NCBI GenBank assembly: GCA_002269645.1
Contig: NIVC01001813.1
Coordinates: forward strand, 62,001-126,000
DNA from: Macrostomum lignano
Lineage: Eukaryota
Direction of reading: 5' to 3'
Length of the DNA: 64,000 nucleotides
The position numbers and the translations under genes are program-made. Below, piece by piece: positions 50,614 to 61,135 of this stretch. Every line of letters begins with the position of its first letter. Position 1 is the first letter of the stretch. A model generated the notes under the pieces. The model was not told the origin of the DNA and ran no database searches. It was given only the letters and a program-made list of their open reading frames with translations.

Positions 50614-52665
50614 ATGGCCCGGTTCTCTCTGCTTTCAGCGATTCTCCTGCACCTTGTGGTTGTCTCCATGCAGCAGGGCGACGATGAGACTCTCGGTGAG
50701 ATGCCATTGCTTGGCCTTAGGTGCTTCTTGTGATGTGGGCTATCACGCATTTTTTATGGTTTGAAGACCGGTTTCATTTATTTGTGGGATGAGTTCTTGC
50801 ATGAGGCTAAAATGAAATCTACGAGTATTTTTTTATTTAAATCTGTAGTAATGTTTTTAATCTGCTTTCTTGTAAAAAGTCTTAAAATCTGTTTACAAGG
50901 CGCAAAACTAAACTATAATAATGCTCAGGTGAGTATTGAGAAGCCAAGCAGTGACCATAGAGACAGTGAGAAGCCAAGCATTGATCATAGAGACAGTGAG
51001 AAGCCAAGCAGTGACCATAGAGACAGTGAGAAGCCAAGCAGTGGCCATAGAGACAGTGAGAAGCCAAGCAGTGAGCACAGAGACTCAGTGGTGAGTCTCC
51101 AGCACTGCAGCAAAAACTTCTTACATGAGATTTTAAGCTTACTTGTCAAGTAGTACAAGCCATGCATAGCCGTTGCTAAACCCCCGCAATCCGCAGACAT
51201 TCGACAGCGATTCGGCAGCAGCTCGGTGTCGATGATAAACGACCAGATCCAAAACGAGTTCAACGCCATGTACCTCTACGAGTCAATGGTAAGTCTTTCC
51301 TGATCCCACGCATTGCCAAGGTCGCCACCGACCCAACTTTTTAATGCTATGTTTATGTTGAACCCTGCGGAGCGTCAGGGAATGCGAGCGTACCTTGAGC
51401 TCACGCTCACCCTCAAGCTTGTTCAAAGTTTGTGGTTGTTTTTCTAAATACGAGCTAATTTTGTTGTAAGAAAATCTTAGCATCGTGTGGGTGGACTCCA
51501 GATATTTTGACATCTGTTTCATTCGATTCAAATCCCTGGCTCAAATTCCAAAGCGCAACTTTGCCGACCGCCCGCCCGCAGGCCAGCTACTTCGGCAGGC
51601 CCAGCGTCGGTCTTCCCGGCTTTAAGAAATTCTTGAAGAAAGCCGCCAACAAGGAGCGAGAGCGTGCGCACAAACTGATCGACTACCTCAACATGCGGGG
51701 CGGCCACGTCAGGCTGAAGCCAATTACCGTGAGTGCCTGGTCACCTGGTCACCTAACGCTTAGCGATAACTTAACACATGATCAATCTAATCACCTGGTC
51801 ACCTGATCCCTGGTCACCTGATCCCTAGTCACCTGATCCCTGGTCACCTGATCCCCGCGTCACCTGATTCCCTGGTCACCTGATCCCTGGTCACCTGATC
51901 CCTGGTCACCTGATCCCCTGGTCACCTGATTCATGGTCACTTAATCCTTTGATCCCAGTTCCCGGTCAGTATAACAATTTTATATTTATTTTTCAGACTA
52001 CAGATTAAGCTTCAATGTGGCCCCACAAACTCATCTTTGTTGCAGCCTCCCAGCAAGTTCGAGTGGTTCTCCGCCCTTGACGCAGCCGAGACGGCTCTTG
52101 GCGCCGAGAAGAACATCACGCAGGAGTTGTACAGACTGCGAGATCGGGCTGACATGGAGAGCGACCCGCATGTGAGTCCTACTGTAGCTGGCTGCTCTGA
52201 TTGGGTGCAGAATTACCATGTCAAATATTGGGTGCATTCCCTGTCAACTTACTAAATTTGTTCTCATGTGTTCGGGGCCTTCTTGTCTTCACGTATTGTT
52301 CCAACGGAGCTCATTAGTAAAACCCAAACGGTCAAAACGCTACGCTCTGAGGCACGTCGCTGATTGGCTGGGTGGGTCAGCCCTCAGCTGACTCAATCCC
52401 CTCCCAGCCTCCGTCCCGACGTGCAGCATGTCTTCCATTAGCTACAAAAATGCTCACTTCGGCTTTACCGAAAAGAATTGCATATGCACATATTTTATGC
52501 AAAATTGCTACTCAAGTCTTGAACTTTCAGCTGGTGGACTTTATCGAGTCCGAGTTCCTGACCGAGCAGGTGACGAGCATCCGGGATCTGCGGGAACTCA
52601 TCGCCCGCCTCAACAAGGCTGGCAGCGGCCTTGGCGAGCTCATTTTGGACAAGGAGCTTAACTAG
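50614..52665 (+). CDS. Secreted ferritin copy 3 (E61K/H65R-equivalent substitutions), 202 aa
   Basis: Exons 50614-50695, 51170-51288, 51582-51728, 52046-52171, 52531-52665, all canonical. Helix B reads KAANKERERAHKL. Confidence 0.9.
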
Positions 52666-53684
52666 AGAATGTGGAGATGACTGTGGCAAAGTCGTAGCTG
52701 ATTTGCCTGACTGTACGAGCTAGGACCAGCATTATGACGCTCACGGTTTCAGATAATCGATTATTCAAATTTTCTGATATCAGCGCCATAATTACGAGTG
52801 TATTAGCCAAATTACATGTACTATTGATTGTCGATTATTTGAACAAAATAATCTGCGGCGAGTCACTCCAGCATAGTCGTATCATAGGATCGACTTATTT
52901 CTAATAGAAAATGCATAATTTTTATTCACCATCTAGTAACGAAATAAACACCTGATCTTACTTCGATGAGTTGATAATTGTTGTTGGCCCGCATTCAATA
53001 GAAGTTTTTTCACCCTGAACGTGATGCAATGCAAATTGATCGGTTTATTAGTAACAGAACAGCTGTGTTGATGACATGGCTTTTATAATGTGATTTGATG
53101 TCTCAATTTGAAAGGTCCAGGTGTGTAGCAAAAAGGGATCGAGCCATGTTTCCTCATTAACATTCTGAGGTGGAGCTTATGGGTTATGCTTTTGGTAAAC
53201 TCCACACCTTACGGGAATTTCTAAAGATCACTATATCCATACCTACAGTAGAATAGCATCAACAGAGGTTCATAGACACAGTTATTTGCTCCATTTAGCA
53301 GGTCTTAAACAAAGTCGGCTGCGTTAGCCAGTAGGTAGTCCAATGCCACGGCGTCTTCGAAGTCAATGTCAGATCGTCTGGAAGCGCGGTTGAAGCGCGG
53401 GTTAACGATGGCGGCAAAGAACTCGCGCAGCCTATTTCTGAGCGATCGTTCGCAGACTCATCACCCGCCGGTTTAGCGAAACGCGCGGCCTGTTGCCCTG
53501 CCAGGGCGTGAATGGCGGACAGGCCACGCGCCCTCGGGCATCGCGGACACTGTAGCAGAGACAGCATATGACGACCATGCACTGTCATGCTGTGACGCTG
53601 TCTTCACCTGCATTCACTGATCTGTTCAAAGAAGACTTTAGTTTTGAGCTATACCAGAGTGGGTGGCAGGAGGCGCGGATCGAC

Positions 53685-54965
53685 ACGCAGACAACAACAG
53701 CAACAAACAACAAAATACGCTGTCAGGATGGCAAAAGTCAGCGTCACAGGGCGCGCTTCATGGCTTGGGCGCGAACAAAAGCCGCGCCACCGGCAGTGTC
53801 CGGGGCGCCGGCGTCAGCCAGCAGACAGTCAACGTAACGCCGAGTTCGCGCTTGACCTCGACGGTAGGGTGCCTGCAGCGTGAGTAGCAGCACCTCCTGC
53901 ACCGGCTGTTGGCAGTACGACTTGGCGCGGATGAGATGGCCTGCGAGCTGGAGTCGCCGACGGCGCAGTAGATCGCTTGGACGTGGCAGGCCAGCGCGGC
54001 GATAGAGTGCCGCGTTGTTGACTCGCTCGACGCCGATGTTGAAGGCGGCGCGCAGCAGGCCAGCGTGCGCCGCATCGACTTGCTGTTCGAGTGAGTCCGT
54101 CAGCGTCCAGGTCTCGGCGTTGTAGAGCAGGACGGTCTCGATTACCGCCTGGAACAGCGCCGCCCTCTTGCGGTCCGGTAGGGCCTCGGACTGCAGGACT
54201 GCCCTCACAGAACGAAAGGCAGCCCAGGCAAGCCCGCGGCGGCGTCGCAGGTCCTCGCGAGCGTCTGGAACCAGACCGCCGAGGTAGACGAACTGCTGAC
54301 ATCGCGGGAGCTCGGTCGCCTGCCCGTCAGCGCCTCGGCAGAAAATTTCAGCCTCGATGTCGTCCGGCACGCAGAGCACAACGGTCTTCTGCGTGTTGAC
54401 CACCAGGCCGACGCTCGCTGCAACGGCAACTAACCTGTCCAGCTGCCGTTGGGCGCCCTCGACGGTCGAGGACAGCAGGGCGTGGTCGTCGGCGTAGCCA
54501 AGCACGCTGAGCCGCTTCTCCGGTTGACGTCGACCCACGCGTCGCCGCAGCAGAAAGCCGTCGTCGTCGGTAGGAAGAGCAGTCCGCAGCACCCAGTCAA
54601 GCACCAGGACGAACAGGAACGGCGCCAGCATATCTCCCTGAAGCACTCCGGAGGAGGTCTCAAAGGAGTCCTATAGGCCGTCCGGTGTTGTCACAGCAGC
54701 TGTCGTATCACGGTACATCGCCATGATGGCGGAGATCAGCTGCTCAGGCACGTTGTACGCGCGGAGCACCATTGGAAGCACGGCTCTGACAACCGAGTCG
54801 AATGCCTTCTTGAAATCGATAAAGATTAGAATCAGGATCAAAGCCTGAGGCGCGCAGAGCAGGTGCAGAGCATTCGTTCCGTTCGCGAAGCTGGGTGTTG
54901 ACCAGGGGGTTCATGAGAATCGCCTGCAGACGAATTGCCCGCCGAGATTTGCCCGCAGGAGATTT
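53685..54965 (-). mobile_element. RTE-clade LINE, 5'-truncated RT/3' fragment
   Basis: FIDFKKAFDSV, GVLQGDMLAPFLF, LGYADD, GLVVNTQKT, FVYLG, VLLYNAETWTLT, RRRRLQLAGHLIR; (TTG)n-like tail. Confidence 0.9.
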
Positions 54966-54969
54966 GCCT

Positions 54970-55655
54970 GAATGCTTTTTCCTGTAGCGCATTTAGCCAT
55001 GCGGCAGATTCTGTCTGCATCAGGGGCGTCACCACCGGGGAGGACAGGGGGGACATTGTCCACCCCAGTAAAAGTTATGGCGGGGGCCATGCCAATGCTT
55101 TGTTCCCCCTCCCACCTTTGTTGACCTGGTACGTTATGGAAATCAATAATTTTGCTTCAGGGCAACAAAACATAATGCTTGCGGCGCCAGAATGAATGCC
55201 TGCGGCTCTAAAATGGTGCCTGAGGCGCCAAAATGATCGCTGACAACACCTACAATATGATTCTGAAACAATGTACATGTACTGTAGGAAATATGTCATG
55301 TACATGCACATGTACAATTCTTGGCTTTATCCCCCCACCATAAAATCAATGGCGACGCCCCTGGTCTGCATTGCCCCCTAAAATGCTTAGTAAGTCTTAT
55401 AAAGAGATTTAGGAGACGAAACCGATCCCCATGGCATATGCAGAAATTACGTCGTAGCTCACCGATGTACCCCCTGCATGTGAGTTTATATAAAAATGAA
55501 AACCTACAAGAAAAATCTGAATTTGATATGCAATTTACTATCGAACTGTTTTGATCGGGTAAATCTCATTAAGACTTATTAAGCATTGGGGGGGGGGGGG
55601 CAATGCAGACAAAATTTGACCCGTGGCAAAATGCGCTGCACGGAAAAAGCCTTGA
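54970..55655. mobile_element. Foldback element with ~120-bp imperfect inverted repeats
   Basis: 54970-55020 plus 55364-55420 is an imperfect reverse complement of ~55555-55655. Confidence 0.6.
55021..55363. mobile_element. hAT-type MITE (343 bp)
   Basis: TIR CAGGGGCGTC(A/G)CC and a perfect 8-bp TSD GTCTGCAT (55013-55020, 55364-55371). Confidence 0.88.
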
Positions 55656-57384
55656 TGTGTACAGTAGCAAGAGCTTGGACTTGCGCTCAACAACAAGTCC
55701 CCACAGTGAATTCCCGGGTCGTGGCCTTGGTAAGAGCAAAGAACTTCTTGACTATAGTGTTCCCTGAAATGAACAAGTGGCGTCACCACACGTATCTCGC
55801 CAGACGGCCTTGAGCTAGCGAGAGAGTGTGGCTGGAGTTCAATGGCTCGACCCGAAGCGTGTCCTATATGATGCATGCACAACTGCGAGCTAGATGAAGC
55901 TGAGACTCACTGCAATATGAACATGCAGCTCTTACAATATACTATTTGGCGCCACACGAAAGCCACATGGGCAATTAGTATATAGCGTGGCAGCAGCACG
56001 CCGAGCGGAAATACACATATAGGATGCCAATCTCACTTATTGGTTTCGAGCACACTTGGCGCTCAACACGTCGGCGCTCGCTGTCTGTCCATGCTTAGTC
56101 GTGCAGTAGAAGACTCAGCGGTCGCCTGCAGCAATACTTTGTAGCTTCAGCAATAACTATAACAATTGCCGCAGCTTTTCTAGACAAGTCACAAAGCTTT
56201 TAGGCTCCAAATCATTGTGGCACAGCCGTTTAAAAAATATATTGCTGAAGATGTTGCTTGCTCCTGGCCTGGCAATTGCTGGCAACCGCTGAGTAAAAGA
56301 GTTATGTTTTAACGTACTATAACAAATGAAGTTTTATTTTTAGCTCTAGAATAGCTAGTCCAATTATGTGCCAAAAATTTGACCAAGATTTTTAGCATAT
56401 TTTTAGAGGATAGTAGTAATGGAGAGATAGGCCTAGTGGATAATTGCCATTGCAATAATTTTTCCACTTATTCAACCGACCGAACCAACCAAAATTCAGG
56501 ATAGTGCGAATTGAGATATTATATAAAATTAAAACCTAAAATACATTTTGAATGTCCATGATTGCCAATGCCATGACAATCCTTTGGCTTTGATATTTTA
56601 GAACCTGCGATGGACAATATTTTAATTATATTTTATTTAACTCCCTAATCATAGGAAAATAATTTTCAATCAATCAAAACTTTTCAAGCAATCAAAATTT
56701 CCTATGATTGCTTTTTTATGACAATGACAAAACACAAAATTTGCCAATCAATTTTTTATACTAGGTGGCCTATGCTACTCTATTTACTATTATGAAATAA
56801 ATTATAGCTATAGGTCTAGAATTATTAAAAATATAGAAGGTAAAATTTAAAGAAGGTACATTTTAGGGCCTAATTTATTTGTGAGATTAAGAATTACTAT
56901 ACATATAGTCATATATCAAACAAAAAGCAAATCATAATTAGGCCTATCTTAGGTGAATTTAAAAGTTGTAGCTTTATAATAGGCCTAGAATTTTATATGT
57001 AGGCCCCTAATATCATTGTATGTTTTATAATTATAAGCTAAGTATTTAAATAATTCATTTAAATATTAGGCCTATAGGCCTAGTTTATATAATAGCCAAT
57101 AAATATTTTTGTTATAAGCTAGGCCTGGGGCTAGGCAATAGGCCATATATAGTCTAGGCCTAAGGCTATTTCTAGGCTTATATTGTCAAATTTTACTAAT
57201 GACATTTATTATTATTTTATTAATTTAATTAATTAGTTATTATTTAATATTTTTATAGACTAATAAGCTTATATTAGGCTTATTTATTTGCATTTAATGG
57301 GGTGTTAGTTTGTTGTTGTCTATTCTAATAATTTGTCTATTAGAGCCTAGGCTAGGCAGACAAAGTTTTGTCTTTCAAAAACTA

Positions 57385-58372
57385 TGAGGGATGTCCAAAA
57401 AGTAGTGATACTTTTAACCGTAGCTCTCATTCTATAGCTTCCTGTGATTAAAAATTTTATGAACTGATAGCAGCAAATCTCTTCTACAGACTAATTTTTG
57501 AATTTAAAAAATTGATACTAGAGAACAAAAGTTATACCCATGAAAGTAACAGTACCTGCACTAGAGAGTTACACAAATTATAGGCTGAGATTCACGAGAT
57601 CCATGCCAAGTAAGCTTCAATGAATTGTTGATTTTGGCTTGTCCAACCTGTTAGCAATCTCTCTAATGGTCATTTGGGAGTCCTCATCAAGAAGATCCAG
57701 AATGGAGTCCACTAGTATATAAGGTCAATAAATCTATGGCCATCCCATCCGATGCTGATCTGCCAAGTCAGTCCTTCCCTTGTTGAACTGCTCAATCCAT
57801 TGATAAACTGTCATTTTGCTAACCACAGAGGATCCATGTGCAGAGCAAAGTTTAGTGTGAATTTCTGAGGCACTATGGCCAGCGCCCCAAAGAGTGAAGA
57901 TGGTACTTTGCTAAGCAACAACTGAGTGCACATCCATGTGTTGTTGTTGAGTATGGGCAATGATGAATGAATCGCAAAATGCAAGCTACTCTGTTTGCAA
58001 ATAAAGTAATGAATTTAATGCTTTATATTTCTGCATATGATTCCATCCATAGACAAATTTCAGTCAGTCACAGTGAGCATCATTTTGCAATTGGGCTTTG
58101 ATATTGCTTAAACAAGACATTTATTGATGCCTACTTAATGAATGAGTGCAGAAGTTGACTATTATAAATCTCAATATAATTTGTGTAACTCTATGGTACA
58201 GGTACTGTTACTTTCATGGGTATAACTTTTGTTCTCTAGTATCAATTTTAAAAATTCAAAAAGCAGTCTGTAGAAAAGATTTGCCGCTATCAGTTCATAA
58301 AATTTTAAATCATAGGAAGCTATAGAACAAGAGCTACAGTTAAAAGTATCACTACTTTTTGGACACCCCTCG
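57385..58372 (-). mobile_element. Internally deleted mariner element with ~175-bp TIRs
   Basis: TA-flanked; TIR (C/T)GAGGG(G/A)TGTCCAAAAAGTAGTGATAC...; internal relic SASEIHTKLCSAHGSSVVSKMTVYQWIEQFNKGRTDLADQHRMGWP (mariner N-terminal HTH). Confidence 0.87.
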
Positions 58373-58836
58373 TATAAGCCTGTTAAATATTAAGAAATGG
58401 GGATAAAGATATAAAGTAAAGTAGAGAGCTGCCCAATAGCTTCTAATTATTACTTTTGTTAAAATGCTATATAGCTATAAGGATATTGGTTTCTTTGAAA
58501 CTATGCTATAAGACCTAGGGCCTATTGAGAAAAATTTTTTTAGAAAAGAGATATAATATGCAACAATGTCCAGGGGATAGGGGGTGTATCCCCCCCCTCT
58601 TAAAGAGCCTGACCAAAACTTTTTTGTTGCCCTTTGTTGCTATACATGCTACCATGTGACTCTGTCATAGCACTTTGACCTTGGTGTATCCCCCCATAGG
58701 AAAGTTTGCCAGGTTGCCCCTGCCTCTAATAACAAATGCAATTATCTGTGAGCAAGCTAACACCCCGTGCACATTACTTGATTGCATGCATTAGCATTAT
58801 CTCTGCCAATAGAGCTCACTCTGTACACTTGAAGCC

Positions 58837-61021
58837 ATGCTCAACCGCTGTCGCCTTGTCGCCGCCACCGCTGCTCGCCTCGGCTGCCGTCGGGGCCTGT
58901 CATCTGGCGGAGCTCCGCCGCCACCCCGGCCCTCCCGCCTGCTGCTGGCTGCCGCTGTCGGCACCGCCGCTGCCGCCGCCACCGTCGCTTTTGTTGATCA
59001 GCGCCGGCGCCTTGCCGCCCTGCCCGGAGGCGCCCTGACCGCCGTCACCGCCGCTGCCGCCTCGGACAATGTCCAGCCAACTGTCTACAGCGAGACCAAG
59101 GACCACGCGCTGTACCTCACCATCCATTTGGACCCTCGCGCCGATAAGCGGGAGGTGCTTCGCGTTGCTGCCAATCTGCAGAAGCTGGTGGACAAGGTGG
59201 GTAAAGATCTTGGGTGCATTCTTTTGATGTGCCGCCGCATTGAAGTTCTTAGTCCATCACAGTCCTTTGATGTGCCGCCGCTCTCAAATTCATCACAATT
59301 CTTTGATGTGCCGCCTGATGTGCCGCCGATCTCAAGTCCATCACAAAGTCCTTTGATGTGCCGCCGCTCTCAAGTCCATCACAGAGCCCTTTGATGTGCC
59401 GCCTCTCTCAAGTCCATCACAGAGCCCTTTGATGTGCCGCCTCTCTCAAGTCCATCACAGAGCCCTTTGATGTGCCACCGCTCTTGTCTTAACCTTCTTT
59501 CACACCCCCACCCATCCCAGGTGTGCCCACCGGATCTGCGGGACGAATCTGACGAGACCTGGGCGGGCGTGGGCTTCGGCTACAGCTTCTACCGGGCCGC
59601 TGTCGGCCAGTCGGGCAGCGCCGCCTCCGTGGACTTCAGCTATCCGCACAGGCGCGGGGCTCTGGGCGAACTGCCGAGCACTGGCGGCGATTTGTTCATC
59701 CACGCCAAGTCTAACCAGGTGCGTTTCTCTGCTGTCACTGGGACAGAAATCACCAGATAATTCATTTGTGTGGATTTATAAAGTCCTTGTTGCACTTTTA
59801 GCTAAGCAGACACTGTATTCCACTAGGGAGCCAGTGAGAGTGGCCATTGGGGATGAAAATGGTACAGTTAATTTCTATCTCGGCTGCACCCAGGTGAGCA
59901 AGCTGTTTGAGCTGTGCCAAGCCGTGACGGCCGCCATGCCCAAGGGCTCGGTCCGCTCATTCGAGGACATCTACAGCTTCGTGTACCGGAACGGGCGCGA
60001 CCTTAGCGGCTTCATCGACGGCACGGAGAACGCGGCTGACGAGGAGAGTCGCAAGCAGATCGCTGTGGCCCGGGGCGGCGGCAGCTTCGTCATCACGCAG
60101 CGCTGGATTCACGACCTGGCCAAGATCCGGGACTCCAAGCCGGCCGAGCTGGAAAGCTTCGTTGGCCGGGACATCACGGACAGCACCGAGCTGCGGCGCA
60201 AGTCCATCTCCTCTCACGTGGCCAGGATGACTGGGGGCAACGCCTTCGAGCAGAAGAAGCAGTTCGAGATTGTGCGCCAATCCATGCCTTATGGGTGAGG
60301 ATTGACGGCCATGCTTGGACCCGCTTCTCAGGGCGATTCCCGATTGGTGTCAGGGTGATTCCTGATTAGTGTCAGGGCGATTCCCGATTGGTGTCAGGGT
60401 GATTCCCGATTAGTGTCAGGGCGATTCCCGATTAGTGTCAGGGTGATTCCCGATTAGTGTCAGGGCGATTCCCGATTGGTGTCAGGGCGATTCCCGATTG
60501 GTGTCAGGGCGATTCCCGATTGGTGTCAGGATGATTCCCGATTGGTGTCAGGGCGATTCCCGATTGGTGTCAGGATGATTCCCGATTGGTGTCAGGGCGA
60601 TTCCCGATTGGTGTCAGGGTGATTCCCGATTGGTGTCAGGGCGATTCCCGATGGGTGTCAGGATGATTCCCGATTAGTGTCAGGGCGATTCCCGATTGGT
60701 GTCAGGGTGATTCCCGATTAGTGTCAGGATGATTCCCAATTGGTGTCAGGGCGATTCCCCATTGTTGTCCGGCCGATTCCCTATTCTCAGTCGCACCTGC
60801 AATCGCCAAGCCGCTCCCCAACCCCCAGCACGGTGTCCGGCGAGTCCGGTCTGTTCTTCATCGCCTACGCGGCCAGCCCGGACAACTTCAACTTCATGCT
60901 GGACCGCATGGTCGGCAAGGGCAGCGACTCGCACTCCGACGACATCATGCGGATCACCCGCTGCGTGGCTGGCAACTACTGGTACTTCCCGCCCACCTCT
61001 GAGCTGGCCAAGTTCGCCTGA
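58837..61021 (+). CDS. Dye-decolourising (DyP/YfeX-type) haem peroxidase with predicted mitochondrial presequence, 383 aa
   Basis: Exons 58837-59196, 59521-59718, 59894-60294, 60829-61021 (phases 0,0,2). DyP motifs STGGDLFIH, DLSGFIDGTEN, SFVITQRWIHDL, SHV (proximal His), IVRQSMPYG (distal Arg), GLFFIAY, GNYWYFP. Confidence 0.9.
59225..59480. repeat. 38-bp degenerate repeat in DyP intron 1
   Basis: TTTGATGTGCCGCCGCTCTCAAGTCCATCACAGAGCCC, about 6-7 copies. Confidence 0.88.
60330..60760. repeat. 22-bp minisatellite (GATTGGTGTCAGGGCGATTCCC) in DyP intron 3
   Basis: About 19 tandem copies. Confidence 0.94.
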
Positions 61022-61054
61022 GTGAGCTGGGCGAGGCTGCAACCTGATACTGGA

Positions 61055-61135
61055 TAGAGATAGAGAGAGATAGAGAGATAGATACATAGATACATAGACA
61101 CATAGATAGATACATAGATAGATAGATGATAGATG
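61055..61135. repeat. (GATA)n-like microsatellite in the DyP 3' region
   Basis: Read directly. Confidence 0.85.

Noticed and set aside
58566-58722. Small CAGGGG...CCCCTG hAT-like MITE
   Set aside because: Terminal match is only about 6 bp and no target-site duplication was found.
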